Part shown: piece after piece, positions 46,083-55,908 of the stretch
Layout of the letters: the number at the start of each line of letters is the position of its first letter
How positions within the stretch are numbered: the stretch's first letter is position 1
DNA from: Deltaproteobacteria bacterium HGW-Deltaproteobacteria-14
Lineage (GTDB): Bacteria; Myxococcota_A; UBA9042; PHBI01
Reading direction: 5' to 3'
NCBI GenBank assembly: GCA_002841945.1
Contig: PHBI01000002.1
Coordinates: forward strand, 11,972 to 75,971
Length of the DNA: 64,000 nt
Notes under the pieces: model-generated
What the model was told of the DNA's origin: nothing
The model's database searches: none
Seen by the model: the letters and a program-made list of their open reading frames with translations, nothing else
Program-made: the position numbers and the translations under genes

Positions 46083-48326
46083 CTACGGCAGGACGGGCTC
46101 GAGCGCGCCGCCGTGGTCCTCGAGCAGGAGCAGGTGAAACCCCCGCTTGGTCCCGAGCCGTATGAACCCCTCGTACTTGGTCAGCGAGCTCTGCAGCCCC
46201 AGCACCCACGAGCGGGCCTCCCCGGGCGAGGTGCGCGAGCGGTAGGTCGCGAGGGCCTCCTCCGTGAAGCTCGGCGCGACCAGCAGGGCCGCGCCGACGT
46301 CGCCCGTCTTGAGGCGCGCCGTCTTGGCGGCGATGACGTCCTCTACGAAGGCGTCGAGCGCCTCGGTCGTCCCGCGCGCGACGCGGCGGACGAGGTGCAG
46401 GACCTTGCCGTCCTCGTCGGCGGTGACCGCGTCGAAGAAGTCCCGCTCGGCCGCATGTGGGCGTTGCAGCTCGTGGTAGACCCACGCGCGGCGGGCCAGG
46501 GGTACCCAGCGGACCAGGTACTTCCAGCCGCCCTCGCGCCCGCGCTCCTCGAAGTAGGGGACGGCGTCGTCGAGGAGCCAGCGGAGGACGCGGCATGCCG
46601 GGTCGCCGCCGAGCAGGTGCTGCATCGTCTCCGACCCGCGCTGGCGCACGCCGACGGCCTGCATCACGACCGCCGGGAGGGGCCCCGTCCGGGTGCGCCC
46701 CGACCCCGACCCGGGCGACGTCTCGGCGCGCCGGATCTCCAGGGTGGCGTCGCGCAGCTCGCGACGATAGCTGATGAGCGGGAGCCGGACCTGGTGCTCC
46801 TCGACGCTCGCGGTGGCGTCGCGCTCCTCGACCCAGGTCGTCCAGGGCGCCCGGGGCAGCCCCGCGTCCATCAGCTCGAAGATGATCTCGCCGCGGTGGA
46901 AGATGATCCAGCCCTCGTCTTGGGCCACGCGCAGCCGCAAGACGCCGTCGAAGGCCTCCGCGGCGAGCTTGTCGGCGAGCCGCGGGAGGTGGGTCACGGT
47001 CGCGTCGAGCCCGCCGAGCCGCACCTCGGGAGGGAACAAGAGCGACGCGAGCGCGGGGATCAGCGCCGGAGAACGCTCGGCGGGCCGCAGATAGAGCGTC
47101 GGCGAGGTCATCGTCGCGAGCCCCTCGAGGGCCTCGTCGCCGAGCGCCCCGTCGCGCCCGAACGCGCCGTGGACGAGGCCGTCGCCGATCAGCAGGGTGG
47201 CCTCGCGCAGGACGAGCGCCCCCGAGAACGCGGCCGCGTGGAGGGGGCGATCGAGGAGCCGCTCGAGCAGCGCGTCGATCGGCTGCTCAGGCAGCGGGCG
47301 CGCCTCCCAGCCCGCGACGACTCCCGAGACCCGGCGCTGAGCGTCGCCGCCGAGGGCCTCGACCGGGGAGAGCGCGGCGAGGGTGTCGTCGCCGGGCCGC
47401 ACCGCAGCCGCACCCTGGGCCATGACCGTCCCCGCCGTGGCGGCCGCGTGGGGCGACGCCTCGGGCGCGACGGCGCGGAGCTCGCCAGCCATCTCCCGGG
47501 CCGAGGCGAAGCGAGCGGCGGGGTCCTTGGCGAGCCCGCGCGCGAGGAACCGCTCGAGCGCCGGAGACACCGCGGGGCGCAGCGAACGCGCCAGCGGTGG
47601 GGGCGTGTTGACCACCGCGTGGAGGAGCGTGAGGATCTCCTCGGAGTCGAAGGGCGGCTGCCCGGTCGCCATGACGAAGAGCACGACGGTCAGCGCGTAG
47701 AGGTCGGCGCGCCCGTCGACCGCCCGGCCCGCGAGCTGCTCGGGCGCCGCGAACGCCGGCGTGCCGACGACGAGGCCCGCTTGGGTCTGCACCACGCGGG
47801 AGCGCTGCACGCGGGCGATGCCGAAGTCGGTGATCTTGAGGCGCCCGTCGGCCAACACCATGATGTTGCCCGGCTTGACGTCGCGGTGCACCACGCCCGC
47901 CGCGTGGGCCGCCTCGAGCGCGTCGCACAGCACCAGGCCGCTGGCGATGATCCGCTGCTCCGGCTGCGGTCCCTCGCGCTCGAGGAGGTCCTCGAGCGTC
48001 TCGCCCTCGAGCCACTCCATCGCCATGAACGGGACGCCGCGCTCCACGCCCGCGCCGTAGATGGTCGTGACGGCGGGGTGCGAGATGGCCGCGGCGGCGC
48101 GCGCCTCTTGCACGAAGCGCCGGCTCAGCTCGTCAGCGCCCGACGCGTCGAAGCGACCGAGGAGCTCCGGGCGCACCGTCTTGATCGCGACCGCGCGGTC
48201 GAGCACCGGGTCGCGGCCGCGGTAGACGATGCCCATCGCGCCCTCCCCCACCTGCGCCTCGACGCGATACGGGAAGGTCGGCGTGGGCTCGGGCGGCGGG
48301 AAACCAAGGCTCGGTTCGGGGGGCAT
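46083..48326 (-). CDS. Hanks-type Ser/Thr kinase with DUF4388/PATAN-like and possible restriction-endonuclease-fold C-terminal domains
   Basis: GEGAMGIVY, VAIK, HRDVKPGN, DFGIA and APEQ; later DGVLRL..GWIIFHRGEI; C-terminal FDAVTADEDG...GAALLVAPSFTEEAL. Likely ATG at 48326. Confidence 0.88.
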   Translation of the reverse strand: MPPEPSLGFPPPEPTPTFPYRVEAQVGEGAMGIVYRGRDPVLDRAVAIKTVRPELLGRFDASGADELSRRFVQEARAAAAISHPAVTTIYGAGVERGVPFMAMEWLEGETLEDLLEREGPQPEQRIIASGLVLCDALEAAHAAGVVHRDVKPGNIMVLADGRLKITDFGIARVQRSRVVQTQAGLVVGTPAFAAPEQLAGRAVDGRADLYALTVVLFVMATGQPPFDSEEILTLLHAVVNTPPPLARSLRPAVSPALERFLARGLAKDPAARFASAREMAGELRAVAPEASPHAAATAGTVMAQGAAAVRPGDDTLAALSPVEALGGDAQRRVSGVVAGWEARPLPEQPIDALLERLLDRPLHAAAFSGALVLREATLLIGDGLVHGAFGRDGALGDEALEGLATMTSPTLYLRPAERSPALIPALASLLFPPEVRLGGLDATVTHLPRLADKLAAEAFDGVLRLRVAQDEGWIIFHRGEIIFELMDAGLPRAPWTTWVEERDATASVEEHQVRLPLISYRRELRDATLEIRRAETSPGSGSGRTRTGPLPAVVMQAVGVRQRGSETMQHLLGGDPACRVLRWLLDDAVPYFEERGREGGWKYLVRWVPLARRAWVYHELQRPHAAERDFFDAVTADEDGKVLHLVRRVARGTTEALDAFVEDVIAAKTARLKTGDVGAALLVAPSFTEEALATYRSRTSPGEARSWVLGLQSSLTKYEGFIRLGTKRGFHLLLLEDHGGALEPVLP

Positions 48327-48577
48327 GGCGGGCCACTCCGTCAAGGGCGTCGGGGGCGGCGTGCGGTCGGGAGTGAGCGCACACGGGCGTCGCGGCGGGC
48401 GCACAGAGCATGCGCAGCGCGCGCCCGGTTATAGACCGTCGGACACGAGTTCGTTACCGCCTCCGCGGGCCTCGAGGGCCGCGCGCTGCCGGATTCGGTC
48501 GGCGGCCGCCCCCCCGCACCTCGATGGACGTGCGTTCACGGGCCCGCGGGAGGGTGGGCGTCCCGATCGACCCCGGG

Positions 48578-49630
48578 TCAGTCCCCAGAGACGCGCACGG
48601 CGTGGCCGTCGGGATCGAGAAAGACCATCGCCCGCTGACCGAGCGAGCAGGTCTGGCAGCGCCCGACACGACGCGAGACCGGCGTGGCCCCCGAGGCCCT
48701 CAGCGTCGCGATGGTCGCGTCGAGATCGGGCACGTGCACCGTCGTCTCCCAGTAGCCGACCGCCGTCGGCGCCCGCGGCGGGGGTGCCGCACCCGGCCCG
48801 GGCTGCTCGTACTCGAGCAGCTCGACCCCGGGCCCCGACGGCCCGCCGAGGCCGGTGATGCGCACCCGCGCCCCGTCGACGCCGCTGAGCGCCGCTTGCT
48901 CCACGCCCTCGTTGAGGCTCTCGCCGCGCACCTGGAGCCCGATCTCCCCCTCGTAGAACGCGCGGCTCCGCCCCGTGTCCGCCACGGCGATGGCGGTGTG
49001 GTCGACGCCGAGCAGCAGCGGGCCGGCCGTGGCATGCCAGCGCGGGTCGCCCTTGTCGGCTGGATACCAGATCAGCTCGAGCGCCCGCTGGTCCCGATCC
49101 CGAAAGTAGAAGGCCCGTATGCCCGCGGCCGCCGGGTTCGTATCGGGGATGCGCTGCGGACCGCCGACGGAGACCGACGCCACTCCGGCTGGGGTCACCC
49201 GCGTGTGCATCGCGTCCATGTCGCGCACCACCAGCGCGATGTGCTGAAAGTCCAGGTCGTTACTGCGTGCGCCGGTCCTGGCCGGGGCACCGGCGGGCGC
49301 GACGACCTGCAGCAGCGAGAGCCGCTCGGCGCCGAGCCGCAAGGCGCGGACCCGGAGTCGGACGTCGGAGACGCCGAGCAAGGCGTCGACCTCCGCGCCG
49401 GCGACGTCCTCGGTGCCGAGGACCTCGGCGCCCAGCGTGTCGACAAAGAAGCGCGTCGAGGCGTCGAGGTCTGCGACCGTCGTCGCGATCTCGGTGACGA
49501 AGGCCGCGGGCCGGGCGGCCGGCGCCGGTGCCGCCGACGGGTGCTGGGCGGGCGTCGCACAGCCCGCCACGAGCCCCAGGACTAGCGCGAAGAGGGCCGC
49601 GCGGCCCGTCGTCGGGCGGGAGCTGTTCAT
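48578..49630 (-). CDS. VOC/glyoxalase-family lipoprotein (two VOC domains)
   Basis: Lipobox LVAGC; FQHIALVVRD, YFRDRDQRALEL, DHTAIAV and DPDGHAV; ATGA overlap with the upstream gene. Confidence 0.85.
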   Translation of the reverse strand: MNSSRPTTGRAALFALVLGLVAGCATPAQHPSAAPAPAARPAAFVTEIATTVADLDASTRFFVDTLGAEVLGTEDVAGAEVDALLGVSDVRLRVRALRLGAERLSLLQVVAPAGAPARTGARSNDLDFQHIALVVRDMDAMHTRVTPAGVASVSVGGPQRIPDTNPAAAGIRAFYFRDRDQRALELIWYPADKGDPRWHATAGPLLLGVDHTAIAVADTGRSRAFYEGEIGLQVRGESLNEGVEQAALSGVDGARVRITGLGGPSGPGVELLEYEQPGPGAAPPPRAPTAVGYWETTVHVPDLDATIATLRASGATPVSRRVGRCQTCSLGQRAMVFLDPDGHAVRVSGD

Positions 49631-51627
49631 GAATCCTCCGGGGTGGGGGCGAGCGTCGTCCAAGCCCGCAGCGTCTCGGCCACAGACCAAGCCTGGGCGG
49701 GGCAACCGCGCGGGAGATGGGGCGGTGCGCCGTCGAAGATCTCGGCGATCGAGCCGACTCCGTGGGCGCCGAGGTGGTCGACGAGCGGCTCGAGCAGCGC
49801 ACGCGCCGCCGCGGCGTCGCCGTAGACCCGGTGATGGGCCAGCGCGTAGGGCCCGAGGAGCCACCCCCACACCGTGCCCTGGTGGTACGCGCCGTCGCGG
49901 GCGAGCGGATCCCCGCCGTAGCGGGGCCGATAGGCCGGGTCGTCCGGCGCCAGGCTACGCAGCCCGTGCGACGTCAGCAGCGCGCGGGCGCAGGCGTCGA
50001 CGACCGCGCGCTGGCGCTCGGGGGCGAAGGCGCTCGCGGCCAAGGACACAGCAAAGATCTGGTTCGGTCGCAGGCTGGCGTCGTCGCCGGCCGGCCCGTC
50101 GAGGACGTCGTAGAGGTGGCCAGCCGCCGCACACCAGAACCGCTCCATGCCGACCTCGACCCGCGCGGCGCGCGCGCGCCAGGGCGCCGCGTCCCGTCCC
50201 AGCTCCGCCGCAAGCTCCGCCAGCGCCACGAGCCCGTTGAACCACAGCGCGTTGATCTCGACGCACTTCCCGGTGCGCGGCGTGACCACCCAGTCGCCCA
50301 CCTTGGCGTCCATCCAGGTGAGCTGCACCCCGGCTTCCCCGGAGCGCAGCAGGCCGTCGTCGGGATCGACCCCGATGCCGAAGCGCGTGCCGGCCTCGTG
50401 CTCGGTGACGATCGCGTCGAGGACCGGCCACAGCTCGCCCGCCAGGGCCAGGTCGCCGGTCGCCGCGACGTAGGCGCGGACGGCCTCGATGAACCACAGC
50501 GTCGCGTCGACCGTGTTGTACTCGGGGGCCCCGCCGGCGTCCGGGAAGCGGTTGGGCAGCATCCCGCGGTCGACGAAGCGCGCGTAGGTGACCAGGACGT
50601 CCCGCATGAGCTCCGGTCGCCCGGCGCTGAGCGCGAGCCCCGGCAGCGCGATCATCGTGTCGCGACCCCAGTCGCCAAACCACGGGTAGCCCGCGATGAC
50701 CGTCGCGCCGCGGTGCCCGGCGACGTCGCGGCGGACGACGAACTGGTCGGCGGCGAGGGCGAGCCGAGCGCCCACGGCGTCCGCCTGCGCGCCCTGGGCC
50801 TGCCCATAGCGGGCGAGGACGTCGGCCTCGTGGCGCGCCGCCCGGGCCAAGGCCGTGGCCGCGTCGACGTCGCCCGCCGCGGCGGAGAGCAGCAGCGTGA
50901 CCTCGTCGCCCACGGCCAGCTCGCCGCTCGCCGTCACCACGTGCAGCGCGTCGTCGCGGCTGTCGAGGCCGCGGTCGCGCTCGCGCCCGAGCGAGAAGCC
51001 TTCGTACCAGGTGTGCGCGGGCGCCAGCGACAGCCCGTCGCCGCTGACCCGCAGCGGTCGCGCGCCGGGGAACGCGGTGACCACGACGTCCGCCCCGCTC
51101 GCGGCCACGTCCATCGACCAGCCGTCGCCGCGGGTCGTCGCGTGGAAGTCGCGGTAGGTCGCGAGCAGCTTCAGGGTGAGGCGAACCGGCGCGGCGGCGC
51201 GGACGAGGCGATAGCGGAGCACCGTGACGTCGCGACCGGGCTCCATCACCACGCGCTTCTCGAGGCACACCGCGCCGATCGCGAAGCGCCACACCGGGAC
51301 CTGCCCCTCGAGCCAGAACGCCTCGGTGTGCGCGAAGCCGCGCGGGCTGACGCTGTCGTCCCACCAGCGCGACGCGTGGAGCGGCGTGTCGACGTCCCCG
51401 ACGGTGAGGCCCTCGTGGACGTCGGTCGCCATGACCGTGCGCCCGAGCGGCGCGTCGAGGGCCGCGACCAGGAGCCCGTGGTAGCGGCGGGTGCGGATCC
51501 CCGCCACCGTGCCGGAGGCGAACCCGCCGGCGCCGTTGGTCACCAGCCACTCGAGGGACTCGGCGCGCCCGAGGTCCGCGCAGTCGTGGCGGCCGAGCCG
51601 GAGGGAGAGCGGGGGCGGCGCGGTCAT
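49627..51627 (-). CDS. Amylo-alpha-1,6-glucosidase / glycogen debranching enzyme (GDE_N + GDE_C)
   Basis: EWLVTNGAGGFASGT, TRRYHGLL, IAGYPWFGDWGRDTMI, LTWMDAK, YHQGTVW and QAWSVAE; ATG at 51627. Confidence 0.92.
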   Translation of the reverse strand: MTAPPPLSLRLGRHDCADLGRAESLEWLVTNGAGGFASGTVAGIRTRRYHGLLVAALDAPLGRTVMATDVHEGLTVGDVDTPLHASRWWDDSVSPRGFAHTEAFWLEGQVPVWRFAIGAVCLEKRVVMEPGRDVTVLRYRLVRAAAPVRLTLKLLATYRDFHATTRGDGWSMDVAASGADVVVTAFPGARPLRVSGDGLSLAPAHTWYEGFSLGRERDRGLDSRDDALHVVTASGELAVGDEVTLLLSAAAGDVDAATALARAARHEADVLARYGQAQGAQADAVGARLALAADQFVVRRDVAGHRGATVIAGYPWFGDWGRDTMIALPGLALSAGRPELMRDVLVTYARFVDRGMLPNRFPDAGGAPEYNTVDATLWFIEAVRAYVAATGDLALAGELWPVLDAIVTEHEAGTRFGIGVDPDDGLLRSGEAGVQLTWMDAKVGDWVVTPRTGKCVEINALWFNGLVALAELAAELGRDAAPWRARAARVEVGMERFWCAAAGHLYDVLDGPAGDDASLRPNQIFAVSLAASAFAPERQRAVVDACARALLTSHGLRSLAPDDPAYRPRYGGDPLARDGAYHQGTVWGWLLGPYALAHHRVYGDAAAARALLEPLVDHLGAHGVGSIAEIFDGAPPHLPRGCPAQAWSVAETLRAWTTLAPTPEDS

Positions 51628-52418
51628 GACAGCCTCACGAGGTCGCTGTGGGCGAACACGCCCGGGACGGCCAGAGCGAGCGGCGGCCGGGCGTAGAGCT
51701 GAGGCGGGACGCCGATGTCCGCGAGGTAGAGCTCGCCGACGAGGCCCAGGTCGAGGCCGGCGCGGAGCCCTCGTTTCGGCAGCGCCAGGGTCATCGTGGC
51801 GGCGGCGCGGAGGACCGGGTCGGCCGCGGCGCCGGTGGTGCTGTCGAGGCCGGACGGGACGTCGAGCGCCAGCACCGGGGCGGGGCTGGCGTTGGCGGCG
51901 CGGATGAGGTCCGCCGCGCGGCCGCGTGGGGCGCCGCGCAGGCTGTAGCCGATGATCCCGTCGAGGATCAGGTCCGGCGCGTCGTCCTCGGGGGGCAGCG
52001 TCGCCGTGTCGCTGGCGTACACCCCCAGCCGCGTGAGGATCCCGAGCTGGTGACGCGGCACCTCGGCGAAGCGCGCGGGCGGGGCCGCGAGCAGGACGCT
52101 GACGCGCGCGCCCCAAGCGGCGAGCCGGCGGGCCGCGACGAGCGCGCCGCCGCCGTTGCCGCCCGGGCCGGCGAGGACCATGACCCGGCGACCGCTGGCG
52201 GAGCCGTCGAGGAAGCGCACGCGGGCGAGGTGGGCGAGGTGGCGGCCGGCGTGCTCCATCATCTGGAGCAGCGCGATGCCGAAGTCGTCGACCATGGCGC
52301 GGTCCACCTCGATCATCTGCGCGACCGTGAGCCACGGCAGGGCGGCGAGGACGTCGGCGGCGCCAGTTGGGATGGTGGGGATGGTGGGGATGGTGGGGAT
52401 GGTGGTCATCGTCGTCAT
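51624..52418 (-). CDS. nnrE: NAD(P)H-hydrate epimerase (stand-alone YjeF_N)
   Basis: QMIEVDR, LLQMMEHAG, GPGGNGGGAL, DGIIGY, LDVPSG, TLALPK and LYLADIGVP; ATG at 52418. Confidence 0.85.
   Translation of the reverse strand: MTTMTTIPTIPTIPTIPTGAADVLAALPWLTVAQMIEVDRAMVDDFGIALLQMMEHAGRHLAHLARVRFLDGSASGRRVMVLAGPGGNGGGALVAARRLAAWGARVSVLLAAPPARFAEVPRHQLGILTRLGVYASDTATLPPEDDAPDLILDGIIGYSLRGAPRGRAADLIRAANASPAPVLALDVPSGLDSTTGAAADPVLRAAATMTLALPKRGLRAGLDLGLVGELYLADIGVPPQLYARPPLALAVPGVFAHSDLVRLS
52369..52404. repeat. 4 x 9-bp tandem repeat (TIP x4) at the nnrE N-terminus
   Basis: GGGATGGTG repeated four times. Confidence 0.85.
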
Positions 52419-53986
52419 CGCAGGCGCTCCAGGAGGTGATCGCCGACGCGCAGGGCGTTCGCCATGATGGTGAGCGCGGGGTTCACCGCGGAGCTGCTGG
52501 GGAAGAAGCTCGCGTCGACGACGTAGAGGTTGTCGAGGTCGTGGGCCTTGCAGTGGACGTCGAGCACCGAGGTCGCGGGGTCGTGGCCGAAGCGCAGGGT
52601 GCCGTTCTGGTGGGCGACGCCGGCGAGCGGGATGCGCTGGCCGAGGAAGAGGTTGCGGGCGAAGAAGCCCTGGTGGCAGGCGTCGCCGTGCAGCTCGCAC
52701 TTGCGGCGCGCCTTGAGCAGCGCCTTGAGCTTGGCGATGAGGTGCTTGTGCCCCTCCTCGTTGTTGGGCTGGTAGGAGAGCACGATCTCGCCGTCGGCGT
52801 TGAGGGTGACGCGGTTGTCGGGGTCGGGCAGGTCCTCGCTGGTCAGCCAGAAGTCGAGGGAGTGGCGGGCCATCAGGTCGAGCGTCCAGCCGGGGGCGAT
52901 GGCGGGGGCGCCGCCCTCGAGGGTCACGCCGTCGAGCTTGCCGACAAACGAGATGTGGCCCATCGGGTGAGGCCACTCGGGGGAGCCGAAGTAGAAGTCG
53001 TTGATGCCGAGCGTCTTCTGAAAGACGGTGGGGTTGGCGCACTTCGAGAGCGCCATCAGCACGGTGTTGAGGTGGCCCATGTAGTGGCGGCCGACGAGGT
53101 CGGAGCTGTTGGCGAGGCCGCTCGGGTGGCGGTCGTTCGCCGAGCGGAGCAGCAGCGCCGCCGAGTTGATGGCGCCGCAGGCGACCACGACGAGGTCGGC
53201 CGAGAGCGTCAGCGTCTCGTCCCCGCGGGAGGCGATCACGTGTGTGACGCGGCGGCCCGTGGCGTCGGTGACGAGGCGGTCGACGCGGGCGCCGGTCAGC
53301 AAGGTGACGTTGGCGTAGGCGAGCGCTGGGTCGACGCCGCAGGTCTGCGCGTCGGCCTTGGCGTCGAGCAGGCAGGGGAAGCCGTCGCAGGTGTCGCAGC
53401 GGATGCAGCGGCTCGTGCGGGGCGCGGCCTCGTCGAGCATCACGCCGAGCGGGACCGAGAACGGGCGCACCCCGAGCGCGGTGAGGTCGTCGTGGAGCTC
53501 AAGAATGCGCGGCTCGTGCGAGACCGGGGGGTGGGGATAGGGCGCGGAGCGGGGCGGGTCGGTGGGGTCGACGCCGTGCTGGCCGTGGACGTGGTGGAGC
53601 CGCTCGGCTTCGCTGTAGTAGGGCTCGAGGTCGGCGTAGGCGATGGGCCAGGCGGGGGAGACGCCGCCGGCGTGCTGCACTGCGTCGAAGTCCTCGGCGC
53701 GCATGCGGAAGAGCGCGGCGCCGTAGAACTTGGTGTTGCCGCCGACGTTGTAGTTCGTGTGCGGGTGCAGCGCCTTGCCGGCGCCGTCGCGCCACACCTC
53801 CTTGGTCGCGTAGGCGCCCTCGACGTTGACGGCGCGCGGGTCCCAGTTCGCCTTCTCGCGCGGGACGTAGTCGCCGCGCTCGAGGAGCAGGATGCGCTTG
53901 CCGCTGGGGGCGAGCTTGCGCGCGAGGGTGCCGCCGCCGGCGCCGGTCCCGATGATGATGACGTCGTAGGGGCTGTGCTCAGGCAT
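52415..53986 (-). CDS. GMC-family FAD oxidoreductase
   Basis: IIGTGAGGG, LLERG, VGGNT, CIRCDTCDGFPC, HQNGT, NLYVVDASFFP and NPALTIMANALR. Confidence 0.93.
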   Translation of the reverse strand: MPEHSPYDVIIIGTGAGGGTLARKLAPSGKRILLLERGDYVPREKANWDPRAVNVEGAYATKEVWRDGAGKALHPHTNYNVGGNTKFYGAALFRMRAEDFDAVQHAGGVSPAWPIAYADLEPYYSEAERLHHVHGQHGVDPTDPPRSAPYPHPPVSHEPRILELHDDLTALGVRPFSVPLGVMLDEAAPRTSRCIRCDTCDGFPCLLDAKADAQTCGVDPALAYANVTLLTGARVDRLVTDATGRRVTHVIASRGDETLTLSADLVVVACGAINSAALLLRSANDRHPSGLANSSDLVGRHYMGHLNTVLMALSKCANPTVFQKTLGINDFYFGSPEWPHPMGHISFVGKLDGVTLEGGAPAIAPGWTLDLMARHSLDFWLTSEDLPDPDNRVTLNADGEIVLSYQPNNEEGHKHLIAKLKALLKARRKCELHGDACHQGFFARNLFLGQRIPLAGVAHQNGTLRFGHDPATSVLDVHCKAHDLDNLYVVDASFFPSSSAVNPALTIMANALRVGDHLLERLR

Positions 53987-54791
53987 GGGGGGCCTCGTGG
54001 TGGTCGTCGTCGCGCGGGTAGTCGCACGCGAAGATGCAGCGCTCGTGGTTGTCGTGATGGAGCTTGGCGCACAGCACCCGGTGGGTGCCGGGGGCGTGGC
54101 GGTAGACCTCGACGGCGGCGAGCATCCCCAGCGCGGGCGCCGCGAAGTAGATCCAGAGGTCGGTCCACACCCCGCCCACCAGCGCCGAGGCGAAGGAGCG
54201 CGCGGGGTTGAGGCTCATGCCGGACCACGGCGCCTCGAACGTGATGTAGATCACGAGCAGCGCGGCGACGACGAGCCCGGTGTAGCGGTTGATCCGCGGG
54301 CGGTTCGCCACCACCAACACCACCAGCATGAGGACGAACGCGATCGCGACCTCTGCGGCGAACGCGGCGGCGAGGCCGTGCGGCCCGGGGACGGTCGCGA
54401 CGGAGTTGACGTGCGGGTCGGCGAGCGCGCCCGCGAGCGCGAGGCGGGCGAGCCCGAGCCCGGCGAGCCCGCCGGCGAACTGGGCGACGATGTAGAACAG
54501 GGCGTCCCAGCGCGCGACCTTGGCGAGGCGCAGAAAGCTCAGGGTGAAGGCCGGGTTGAAGTGCGCACCGGAGCGCTTGCCCCAGCGCGAGTAGACCAGC
54601 AGCGCCGCCGTGCCGCCCATGGCGAGGCCCATGAGCAGCCGGCGCAGCCAGGGGTCGGGGAGCGCCGCGCGGGCGGGCGACGCGGGGTGCTCGAGCAGCG
54701 TGGCGAAGAGCGCCGCCGAGATCATGAAGATCCCGAGCCCGGCCGCCTCGATCAGATACTCCGGCCAGTGCTGTCGCAGTGCGGTTCGCAT
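53979..54791 (-). CDS. MIP/aquaporin family channel
   Basis: SGAHFNPA and SLNPARS; six hydrophobic helices; Cys/His-rich tail CAKLHH...CIFAC. Confidence 0.93.
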   Translation of the reverse strand: MRTALRQHWPEYLIEAAGLGIFMISAALFATLLEHPASPARAALPDPWLRRLLMGLAMGGTAALLVYSRWGKRSGAHFNPAFTLSFLRLAKVARWDALFYIVAQFAGGLAGLGLARLALAGALADPHVNSVATVPGPHGLAAAFAAEVAIAFVLMLVVLVVANRPRINRYTGLVVAALLVIYITFEAPWSGMSLNPARSFASALVGGVWTDLWIYFAAPALGMLAAVEVYRHAPGTHRVLCAKLHHDNHERCIFACDYPRDDDHHEAPHA

Positions 54792-54801
54792 CGCTGTTCG
54801 C

Positions 54802-55908
54802 CTAGAGGTCCGAGACCTGGACGTAGACCTTCACGGCCCGCTTCTCCTCGGTCAGGAGGCGGATCATCTCGGCGTGCCGCTCGAGCCCGTCGACGCGGTG
54901 GGTCAAGAGCCGTTTGAGCCAGCCGGGCCACAGCGCCTCGGCCATGACGAGGTCCTGGACCCCGCGCTCGAAGTCCTGCCGGGCGGCGTTGACGCTGCCG
55001 ACGACCACCTTGTTGCCGAGCACGAACCCCTGCAGGATGTGGTCGGCGTGGACCGCGTCGGCTTGGTGATCGCCGCCGGCGATGCCGGTCAGGACCAGCA
55101 CGCCGTTGTTGCCGAGGCGCTCCATGGCCTCGAAGACGAGGGGGCTGTAGCCGGTCGCCTCGACGATCAGGTCGACGTTGCCCAGCGCCGCCGCGGTGGC
55201 CTTCAGGCTCGCGTCCCGGGCGCTGACGTAGCGCGCACCGAGCGCCTCGGCCAAGGCGCCGTTGAGGTTCGGCAGCCGCTCGCGCGCGAAGGTCACGACC
55301 TCGAGGCCGCGCGCGCGCAGCGCCATGGTCGCGAGCAGGCCGAGGGGCCCCGCCCCGAGCACGATGGCGCGCTGCGGGCGCCACACCCCGAGCCGCCGCT
55401 GGATCTCGTAGGCCTGCCGGATCGCCTTCTCGGCGACGGACGTCGGCTCGAGCAGCACGCCGAGCAGGCCGAGCGAGCGCGGGACCTTCACCGCGAAGTC
55501 GGCGTGGTCGACGACGCGCTCTGTCAAATAGCCGTGGCGCAGCGAGATGCCGCGCTCGAAGTAGACCGCGTCGGTGGTCATGTCCTGGTAGCCGATCTGG
55601 TCGTAGACCGACGTGCCCGGCCGGCGCACGCTGAAGACGACCAGATCGCCCGGGGCGACGTGGTGCACGCGGGGGCCGACCGCCTCGACGACGCCGAGGC
55701 TCTCGTGGCCGAGCACGAGGAAGTCCGAGCCCGGCGGGGCGGCGCCGTACTCGGCGGCGTTGATCTCGCGGTCGGTCGCGTCGACGCCGACCGCGACGAC
55801 GCGCGCGAGGACGCCGTGGCCGTCGGCGACGTCGGCGAGGGAGGGCGGCGGCAGCTCGGCGAGGTGGATGCTCCCGGCGACGCCGGGGTGGACTGCGATG
55901 GCTTTCAT
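54802..55908 (-). CDS. Zn-dependent (MDR) glucose 1-dehydrogenase-like protein
   Basis: GVDATDREI, LGHESLG, VRRPG, ERGI, LLEPTSVAEKAI, GAGPLG and GSVNA. Confidence 0.88.
   Translation of the reverse strand: MKAIAVHPGVAGSIHLAELPPPSLADVADGHGVLARVVAVGVDATDREINAAEYGAAPPGSDFLVLGHESLGVVEAVGPRVHHVAPGDLVVFSVRRPGTSVYDQIGYQDMTTDAVYFERGISLRHGYLTERVVDHADFAVKVPRSLGLLGVLLEPTSVAEKAIRQAYEIQRRLGVWRPQRAIVLGAGPLGLLATMALRARGLEVVTFARERLPNLNGALAEALGARYVSARDASLKATAAALGNVDLIVEATGYSPLVFEAMERLGNNGVLVLTGIAGGDHQADAVHADHILQGFVLGNKVVVGSVNAARQDFERGVQDLVMAEALWPGWLKRLLTHRVDGLERHAEMIRLLTEEKRAVKVYVQVSDL

Noticed and set aside
52369-52404. Phase-variable switch in nnrE
   Set aside because: The 9-bp unit preserves frame and lies in a disordered N-terminus; likely neutral slippage.
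49627-53042. Track ORFs of 902 aa (49627-52335), 472 aa (51624-53042) and 430 aa (48578-49870) as fusion proteins
   Set aside because: The N-terminal extensions are out-of-frame read-through of upstream genes; true starts are at the ATGA overlaps (51627, 52418, 49630).
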